Below are positions 57,546 to 64,000 of a stretch of 64,000 nucleotides of DNA, in pieces. The notes under the pieces were generated by a model that saw only the letters and a program-made list of their open reading frames with translations, did not search any database and was not told the DNA's origin. Numbering within the stretch: position 1 is the first letter of the stretch; each line of letters starts with the position of its first letter. Source of the DNA: an uncultured Candidatus Saccharibacteria bacterium. Its GTDB lineage: Bacteria; Patescibacteriota; Saccharimonadia; Saccharimonadales; JACDBH01. The position numbers and the translations under genes were made by a program. The stretch is taken from the NCBI GenBank assembly GCA_964644965.1, contig CAZXYN010000001.1, positions 221,556 through 285,555 on the forward strand, in the 5' to 3' direction.

Positions 57546-57607
57546 TATTTTAGCAAATATATGTGATTATGTCAATACTTATTTAACCATAATGCAAAAA
57601 AGTCAAC

Positions 57608-58459
57608 ATGATTAAGCTTACTGCCAAAAACATCCCCCCAGAACTCCACCGACTGCACGCTCCACCAAAACAACTATATTTGAGTGATGATTCTCTAGCT
57701 CAGTTACTCAAAAGACCTCGGATCGGAATCGTTGGTAGCCGCAAGGTTAGCGCCTACGGCAGGGCGGTGACAACGAAACTGTCCAGCGATCTCGCAAGTA
57801 AAGGCGTAGTGGTGGTCAGTGGGCTCGCACTCGGTGTCGATTCGATCGCACATTCGAGCTGTTTGCAAGCCGGAGGTTCCACAATTGCCGTACTACCCGC
57901 TGGACTCGATCAGATTTATCCATCCTCACATTTTCAATTGGCGCACGATATCGTTACAAAGGGCGGATTATTAGTGTCCGAATACCCTGAGCGTACCGAG
58001 CCGCTGCGGCATAATTTCATTGCCCGCAACCGTATTATTGCAGCCTTATCTGAGGGATTGCTGATAACCGAAGCCGCTCTGGCCAGTGGTAGCTTGCACA
58101 CCGCACGCTTTGCCATGGAGCTAGGGATTCCGGTGTTTGCAGTACCAGGGCCAATTACCAGTTCTACCTCTGAAGGAACCAACAATCTCATCAAGGTCGG
58201 AGCTATTCCAGTCACAAGCGTAGAAGACATTTTGAACGAGCTAAAATGGCAAGATACTGCCAAGCAATCCAGCGACACCGCCGCTTACAGCGACCAAGAA
58301 CGCTTGGTGATAGACCTGCTCAAGCAGGGAATTAGCGATGGTCACGAATTACTTATTCTCTCCAAACTAGAAGCCTCAAAATTCAACCAAGCCCTAACTA
58401 TGCTAGAGATCATGGGCAAAATCCGTCCGTTGGGCGCCAACAACTGGTCACTGACTTAG
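57608..58459 (+). CDS. dprA: DNA-processing protein DprA
   Basis: GIVGSRKVSAYG, VSGLALGVDSIAH and GSLHTARFAMELGIPVFAVPG are typical of DprA. Confidence 0.88.
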   Translation: MIKLTAKNIPPELHRLHAPPKQLYLSDDSLAQLLKRPRIGIVGSRKVSAYGRAVTTKLSSDLASKGVVVVSGLALGVDSIAHSSCLQAGGSTIAVLPAGLDQIYPSSHFQLAHDIVTKGGLLVSEYPERTEPLRHNFIARNRIIAALSEGLLITEAALASGSLHTARFAMELGIPVFAVPGPITSSTSEGTNNLIKVGAIPVTSVEDILNELKWQDTAKQSSDTAAYSDQERLVIDLLKQGISDGHELLILSKLEASKFNQALTMLEIMGKIRPLGANNWSLT

Positions 58460-58543
58460 AGACCAGAAACTACACCCTAGAGATTGCTAGAAAAAAAGGG
58501 TCTGACCCTTTACAGAGGCGGAATTGTGCATTTTGTAAGTTTA

Positions 58544-58576
58544 GATATACATCTTTTACTAAAAAAGATGTATATC
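58544..58576. repeat. 14-bp perfect inverted repeat upstream of topA
   Basis: GATATACATCTTTT-actaa-AAAAGATGTATATC. Confidence 0.9.
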
Positions 58577-58679
58577 AACTTTTTGGAAGTTTTTGAGGCA
58601 ATGGACAGCCAGTAGAGGGTCCTTGGCAGGGTAAAGTTTGCATATATATAGTAGGCCGTGATATTGTTCTGCGGTATTT

Positions 58680-60971
58680 ATGAGCAAGAACCTTGTAATA
58701 GTAGAGAGCCCGGCAAAAGCCAAAACAATCGAGAAGTATCTCGGCAAAGACTTCACGGTCAAAAGCAGTTTTGGTCATATTCGTGATCTACCAAAAAAGG
58801 GCTTATCTATAGATAAGGCTAATGATTTCGAACCTACCTACGAAATTAGCCCCGACAAGAAAAAAACCATCAATGAGCTCAAAAAACTGGCAAAAAACCA
58901 CGAGGTCTGGTTAGCATCTGATGAAGACCGCGAAGGAGAGGCGATCGCCTGGCACCTCTGCAAGGCGCTAGGGCTTGACCCCAAGAAAACCAAACGAATT
59001 GTCTTCCACGAAATCACCAAACCAGCAATCTTGAGCGCCATCGAGACACCGCGTACCGTCGATCTTCGCCTTGTAGATGCCCAGCAGGCTCGCCGTGTGC
59101 TGGACCGACTTGTTGGCTACGAATTATCACCGGTCCTCTGGAAAAAGGTCCGAGCCGGATTAAGCGCCGGCCGTGTCCAGTCCGTTGCAGTGCGGATTAT
59201 CGTAGAACGCGAACGCGATATCAGAGATTTTGAAGCCACTAGTACTTATAAGATTACCGGCGACTTCATGGCCGGTAAGGATGTAATCCCAGCCGAACTA
59301 GAAAACAAGCTAGATGATAGAAAGGCCGCCGAAGCCTTCCTAAAGAAGTGTATCGGCGCCAAATACAACGTAGATTCTATAGAGAAGAAGCCCGGTACTC
59401 GTAATCCTGGTGCACCGTTCACTACTAGTACTCTCCAGCAGGAAGCCTCGCGCCGCCTGGGCTACTCGGTTCGCCAGACAATGAGTCTTGCCCAAAGGCT
59501 TTACGAATCAGGTCACATCACCTACATGCGTACCGACAGCACAATTTTATCTGGCCAGGCTATCAAAAACGCTGAAGAATACATTATCAAAAACCACGGT
59601 GCCCAGTATCATCAGGTTCGCCAGTTCAAGACCAAGAATAGCTCTGCCCAGGAAGCTCACGAAGCCATCCGCCCAACTGATTTTAAGAAAGAAGCGGCCG
59701 GTAATGACGAGCAACAAAAGAAGCTTTACAAACTGATTTGGCAGCGAGCACTCAGCAGCCAAATGTCTCCAGCTAAAGTTGACAAAACAGAGGTAAGAAT
59801 AGCTATTTCGTCGCACAAAGAGCATTTTGTTGCTAAGGGCGAAGTGTTGCTGTTCGATGGCTTCTTACGCGTCTACGGCGGCGGTAAGGATGATGTCATC
59901 CTGCCAGACCTCAAGCAAGGCCAAAGCCTAACCGCTGGCATCTTGCAGGCCACAGAGACCTACAACCGACCACCAGCTCGTTTTTCTGAAGCCAGCCTGG
60001 TTAAGGCACTCGAGGAAATGGGCATCGGCCGACCAAGTACTTACGCGCCAACCATCAGCACAATCCAAGACCGCGGCTACATCGAAAAGAGTGACCTAGA
60101 AGGCAGCGAACGGATTATCAATACACTAATACTCGATAGAGACCAGCTGGGTGGCAAGGAAGAAAAAGTCATCACCGGAGCCGACAAGAACAAGCTAATA
60201 CCAACCCCTGTGGCCGAAGTTACTACCGACTTTCTGACCAAGTACTTCGCGCCAATTGTCGACTACGACTTTACGGTAGACGCAGAAAAAGAATTCGATG
60301 ACATAGCCGAAGGCAAGACCACCTGGAACAAAATGATCGCCGAATTTTATAACAATGATTTCAAACCGCTCATCAAGGCCTCAGCTGATGTTTCTAGGGA
60401 AGAAACTAGCCAACAACGCAAGCTTGGCGACGATCCAAAATCAGGCAAGCCTATTGTTGTGCGCTTTGGCCGCTATGGCCCAATGTTGCAGCGCGGCGAA
60501 ACTTCCGACGAAGAAAAACCAGAGTTTGCCCCTATGCCAGACGACACAACCATGGACAATGTCACCCTAGAACAAGCGCTGCCTATGTTTGAGCTACCAA
60601 GACTAGTAGGCAAGACAGAAGATGGGCAAGACATCCTGGCTGACATCGGACGCTTTGGCCCATATATCAAGGTAGATAAGACTTTTGTATCTATCAAAGA
60701 CCACAGTCCATTTACGATTACCGAAGCAGAATCTAGAGAAGTCTACGCCGAAAAACTCAAGCAAATTGCCGAGCGCAACGTAGCTGACTTTGGCACCATT
60801 AAGGTGCTGCGCGGCCCATATGGCCCGTATGTTACAGATGGCAAAAAGAACGCCCGTATACCTAAAGAAACTGATCCAACCACCGTTACAGAAGCTCAGG
60901 CCAAGAAGATGCTGAAGGATGCGCCAGCTAAAAAGAAGTTCCCACGGCGTAAAAAGACTGCCAACAAATAG
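58680..60971 (+). CDS. topA: DNA topoisomerase I
   Basis: Toprim LVIVESPAKAKTIEKYLG, DEDREGE, active-site region GHITYMRTDS; basic C-terminal tail. Confidence 0.95.
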   Translation: MSKNLVIVESPAKAKTIEKYLGKDFTVKSSFGHIRDLPKKGLSIDKANDFEPTYEISPDKKKTINELKKLAKNHEVWLASDEDREGEAIAWHLCKALGLDPKKTKRIVFHEITKPAILSAIETPRTVDLRLVDAQQARRVLDRLVGYELSPVLWKKVRAGLSAGRVQSVAVRIIVERERDIRDFEATSTYKITGDFMAGKDVIPAELENKLDDRKAAEAFLKKCIGAKYNVDSIEKKPGTRNPGAPFTTSTLQQEASRRLGYSVRQTMSLAQRLYESGHITYMRTDSTILSGQAIKNAEEYIIKNHGAQYHQVRQFKTKNSSAQEAHEAIRPTDFKKEAAGNDEQQKKLYKLIWQRALSSQMSPAKVDKTEVRIAISSHKEHFVAKGEVLLFDGFLRVYGGGKDDVILPDLKQGQSLTAGILQATETYNRPPARFSEASLVKALEEMGIGRPSTYAPTISTIQDRGYIEKSDLEGSERIINTLILDRDQLGGKEEKVITGADKNKLIPTPVAEVTTDFLTKYFAPIVDYDFTVDAEKEFDDIAEGKTTWNKMIAEFYNNDFKPLIKASADVSREETSQQRKLGDDPKSGKPIVVRFGRYGPMLQRGETSDEEKPEFAPMPDDTTMDNVTLEQALPMFELPRLVGKTEDGQDILADIGRFGPYIKVDKTFVSIKDHSPFTITEAESREVYAEKLKQIAERNVADFGTIKVLRGPYGPYVTDGKKNARIPKETDPTTVTEAQAKKMLKDAPAKKKFPRRKKTANK

Positions 60972-60979
60972 TTTTGGAC

Positions 60980-61051
60980 TTCTTTGCCAAAGAAGCGGGC
61001 CACTGATGTTCTTCAGATGAATATCATGAAGTTTGTTTCTTTGCCAAAGAA
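60980..61051. repeat. two exact copies of the palindromic 15-mer TTCTTTGCCAAAGAA
   Basis: Copies at 60980-60994 and 61037-61051 (57 nt apart), in the topA-to-sigma-like-gene spacer. Confidence 0.85.
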
Positions 61052-61189
61052 CAGCAAAATTTACTACAATTATCCACTGGTTTAACAGTGATATCAAAAA
61101 GCTGGTCTAGTAAATTACCATAAACAATTTGTGCAAATCATGCGATTTGGTGCTACAATAAGTCTAAATATACCTGTGAGGGAATTTGT

Positions 61190-61218
61190 TTGACAATTAA
61201 AAATTAAACTGTTACAAT
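61190..61218 (+). promoter_or_regulatory. consensus sigma-70-type promoter (TTGACA-17 nt-TACAAT)
   Basis: TTGACA 61190-61195, 17-nt spacer, TGT-TACAAT 61213-61218; about 50 nt upstream of the ATG at 61272. Confidence 0.6.
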
Positions 61219-61271
61219 AGCACTAACCAAAGAGTTATTCTATTGAAAAAAGAAAGCGAGTTTTTAACCCT

Positions 61272-62321
61272 ATGGCCGAATCTACTGCCCAGAAAGCAAC
61301 TCCTAGCATCAGCACAGCCGTGACTGAGGTTCTTAAGAGTATCGAAAGAGAGCGTGAGCGCGAAATTGTCTCACGTCGTTTTGGGTTGTACGACCGCCGC
61401 GAAACACTAGAGCAAATCGGCGAACTACTGGGTATTACTCGCGAACGTGTCAGGCAGCTAGAAAAAGCTGTTGTCACTAAGCTAAAGACAAGTGCAGGCA
61501 AGGGCGAGTTCACAGAACTCATGAAGCTACAAGAGACTTATGTCCAGGAGCTACATAGCATGGGCATGGCTGCTCGTATCAGCGACCTTAGCGCCAAACT
61601 TACCAAAGAGAACACCAAGATCGATCAAGCTCAGGTATCCTTCCTAGCTATGCTTTGCCCTAAGCTAGTTGTCCTAGACGAAAACGATTTTTATTACCAC
61701 GCCGTTGCAATCAGCGAAGGCCACGAGAATCAGACTTTCAAAGAGCAGGTTAACAAGGTTGTAGACGCTATCAAGAAAATCGGCGAACCATCTGGTATTG
61801 ACGTAATTGCTGAATCTGTCAAAGAACAGAGCGTTGCACACACCCGTGCACTAGCTAGCATCAGCAAGCAAGTTGCTACCCTGAACGGTCGTTGGGGACT
61901 TATCAAATGGCCAATGGTCAACCCAAAGAACATCCGCGACAAAATCTACGTAATCTTGTTCGAAAACGGCAAACCAATGCACTTCAATGAAATCGCTAGC
62001 GCTATCAAAGGTTCGAGCTTCAAACGCAAAGACGTTACAACCCAAGCTATTCACAACGAACTCATCAAGGACGATCGCTTTGTACTAATCGGCCGTGGTA
62101 TCTACGCGCTCAAGGAGTGGGGCTACAAGAAGGGAACCGTTGCTGATATTATCATCGAAGTTCTCAAGAAGTCTGACGAACCTCTCCACCGTGACGAAAT
62201 CGTCAAGCGCGTACTCAAGAAACGACAGGTCAAAGAGACTACGATTCTGCTGAATCTACAGGGCAAAGCACAGTTCAAGCGCGTTGCTAAGGCTACTTAC
62301 GCTCTCGCCGATAAGAAATAA
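61272..62321 (+). CDS. sigma-70 region-4 HTH protein with tandem HARE-HTH-like C-terminal domains
   Basis: REIVSRRFGLYDRRETLEQIGELLGITRERVRQLEKAV; two repeats of the IYVILFENGKPMHFNEIA / IIIEVLKKSDEPLHRDEIV type. Confidence 0.65.
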   Translation: MAESTAQKATPSISTAVTEVLKSIEREREREIVSRRFGLYDRRETLEQIGELLGITRERVRQLEKAVVTKLKTSAGKGEFTELMKLQETYVQELHSMGMAARISDLSAKLTKENTKIDQAQVSFLAMLCPKLVVLDENDFYYHAVAISEGHENQTFKEQVNKVVDAIKKIGEPSGIDVIAESVKEQSVAHTRALASISKQVATLNGRWGLIKWPMVNPKNIRDKIYVILFENGKPMHFNEIASAIKGSSFKRKDVTTQAIHNELIKDDRFVLIGRGIYALKEWGYKKGTVADIIIEVLKKSDEPLHRDEIVKRVLKKRQVKETTILLNLQGKAQFKRVAKATYALADKK

Positions 62322-62588
62322 TAGCGCAGTTTTTAAGAGTGGTAATTCCCGACACATCAGGGACATTATTTCACCGTATATAGTCATACGCTTCAATAAT
62401 GGAAGCCTCGATATGTCAAAAATTACCCTTGGCTTAAAAAACTGCTTCGGCACTGGTTTGTCACCCTAAATTTATAGAAATGAAAATAACCAAGAACTAC
62501 TACTTGTTCGCCTCTGAGCGCCCAAGTATGTATAATTAGTCAGTAAAGCTTATGTTAAGTGCTAGAGTACATTTCTTGAGGGAGTCCA

Positions 62589-64000
62589 ATGATGTTTAAC
62601 CGCAAACGTCCCAAGATACATGACGAAGATGTCCTGCTGCTATTAGAGGTACCTAGAACCAACGACAAAAAAGAACTGGCCGCCGAGCAAATGCTTGCCG
62701 CATTACACGGTATTCTACGGTCAAAAAAAGAAGTTCGCTACGATGGTGGCATAGAAGATCATATATCACTTGAGGTTGTGGCAATTGCCCAGCGGATTAG
62801 GTTTTATATCTGGGCGCCCAAACATTTGCAAGCATTCGTAGAGGGTCAGATTTATGCCCAATACCCAACTGTGCAGATTCATGTCCAAACAGAGGATTAT
62901 TCCAAGCGCAAGCTCACTCAGGACGTCGTCTACTCTAGCGAACTCACACTAACAGATAACGAAACAATTCCTATCAAAACTTTTCCAAGTTTTGAGGTTG
63001 ATCCGTTAGCCGCCATCACCGCGACTCTAGCCAAGCTTGATGAACCAGGCGAAGAAGCCTGGATTCAAATCATGGCCCGACCAATATCAGACGACTGGCA
63101 CAAACGCGGATCCAAGATGATTAAGCGCATTCAGGGTGGAGGAGGTCTCTTCGGTGGCAACACTGGTTCGTATATTGGCCAGGCCTTTGGCGCACTCAAT
63201 GCACCACCGGAACCAACTGAGAAGGCCGCACCAGAGTTATCAGAGCGTGACAAAACTCGCATCCGAGCCATAGAAGAGAAGGGTACCAAGCTTGGCTATC
63301 AGGTGAAGATACGAATCATGTACGCAGGCCCGCACGAAACCCTAGCCAAACTCCGCATGCAGGCAATTCAGGGTGCGTTTAAGCAGTTCAATACCACTAA
63401 CCTTAATGGTTTCCAGGGTTCTGCCAGTAGCTTTAGTAATGAACGGATGCTAGCCTACCAAACAAGGTTCTTTGTCGACAGTGGTTATATCTTGAATATT
63501 GAAGAACTTGCCAGTCTGTTTCACCTGCCGCACACCTCTGTGGAGACACCGAATATCGTCTGGGCCACCACCAAGACAGCCGAACCACCATCGAACATCC
63601 CTATTTTGCAACCAGGCGAAGAAGAAACTATCAGCTTATTTGGCGCTACTAATTTTCGGGGTACTAATACCGTGTTTGGTGCATATCGCGCAGACCGCGG
63701 CCGACACATTTATATTATCGGACAAACAGGGGTAGGGAAGAGCGGCCTACTAGAGTTAATGACTCTGTCAGACATTTATTACGACCAGGGCTTTTGTGTA
63801 ATCGATCCACATGGCGATTATGCTCAGAATATACTGGAATTCATCCCAGAAAGGCGAGTCAAGGATGTCATGTACTTCAACCCTGCCGATACAGCCTTTC
63901 CAATTGGTTTTAACCCTCTTGAAGTCACCGACCCGGCCTTCAAGAATCACATCAGCTCAGAGCTAGTCGGCGTACTAAAGCGCATGTTTGAGTCATGGGG
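62589..64000 (+). CDS. VirD4/TraG/HerA-like P-loop ATPase, 5' partial (continues past the window)
   Basis: Hand translation from ATG 62589 (GAGGGAG SD upstream) is stop-free to 64000; Walker A GQTGVGKS; LFHLPHT motif; not in the ORF track because it has no stop. Confidence 0.7.
   Translation, partial: MMFNRKRPKIHDEDVLLLLEVPRTNDKKELAAEQMLAALHGILRSKKEVRYDGGIEDHISLEVVAIAQRIRFYIWAPKHLQAFVEGQIYAQYPTVQIHVQTEDYSKRKLTQDVVYSSELTLTDNETIPIKTFPSFEVDPLAAITATLAKLDEPGEEAWIQIMARPISDDWHKRGSKMIKRIQGGGGLFGGNTGSYIGQAFGALNAPPEPTEKAAPELSERDKTRIRAIEEKGTKLGYQVKIRIMYAGPHETLAKLRMQAIQGAFKQFNTTNLNGFQGSASSFSNERMLAYQTRFFVDSGYILNIEELASLFHLPHTSVETPNIVWATTKTAEPPSNIPILQPGEEETISLFGATNFRGTNTVFGAYRADRGRHIYIIGQTGVGKSGLLELMTLSDIYYDQGFCVIDPHGDYAQNILEFIPERRVKDVMYFNPADTAFPIGFNPLEVTDPAFKNHISSELVGVLKRMFESW

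Noticed and set aside
60603-61097. 164-aa minus-strand ORF
   Set aside because: Most of it is antisense to the topA 3' end. The rest covers the palindromic 15-mer repeats. It has no supporting signals.

Overview
Gene-dense bacterial chromosomal segment. Hand-counted 60-nt lines give about 42-53% GC. No rRNA, CRISPR array, transposase or integrase was seen. The gene content suggests a reduced-genome Patescibacteria/CPR organism, probably Saccharibacteria-like. This is inference from content only: a sigma-region-4 plus HARE-HTH-like protein, PEGA, DUF3048, sortase, a VirD4/TraG-like ATPase, and many lineage-specific small ORFs.

Recognisable content:
- queA, a UvrD-type helicase fused to a PD-(D/E)XK nuclease, and a MIP channel.
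- A complete F-type ATP synthase operon on the minus strand.
- A glutaredoxin-like protein, cob(I)alamin adenosyltransferase, TerC, thermonuclease, a GT2 glycosyltransferase and a glycosidase-like protein.
- smpB, a divergent RpoD-like sigma factor, dut, xth, Nudix, HAD and IMPase enzymes.
- Three two-component systems, tRNA-Leu(CAA), tRNA-Glu(CUC), sortase, gltX, a pseudouridine synthase, der, an ABC exporter, pth, dprA and topA.
- A partial VirD4/TraG-like ATPase running off the 3' end. It is absent from the ORF track because it has no stop codon in the window.

Most notable observations:
1. The F1 genes of the atp operon are interleaved with five translationally coupled small acidic ORFs. 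One insertion junction carries an 18-nt duplication of the atpG 3' end.
2. A low-GC island encodes a small acidic peptide, a DUF6624-like protein and an MvdD-like ATP-grasp enzyme. A DUF3592 membrane protein and an ABC exporter follow. This is a candidate graspetide-type RiPP locus.
3. A roughly 550-nt ORF-poor, helix-rich region upstream of dprA is a candidate large ncRNA of unknown class.
4. Scars and repeats next to both tRNAs suggest past integration events.
5. The cobO 3' end is duplicated around a hairpin-rich insert upstream of TerC.
6. There are several promoter-to-terminator or nested-helix small-RNA candidates.

All functional calls come from motifs read by eye in the supplied translations. 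No database search was possible.
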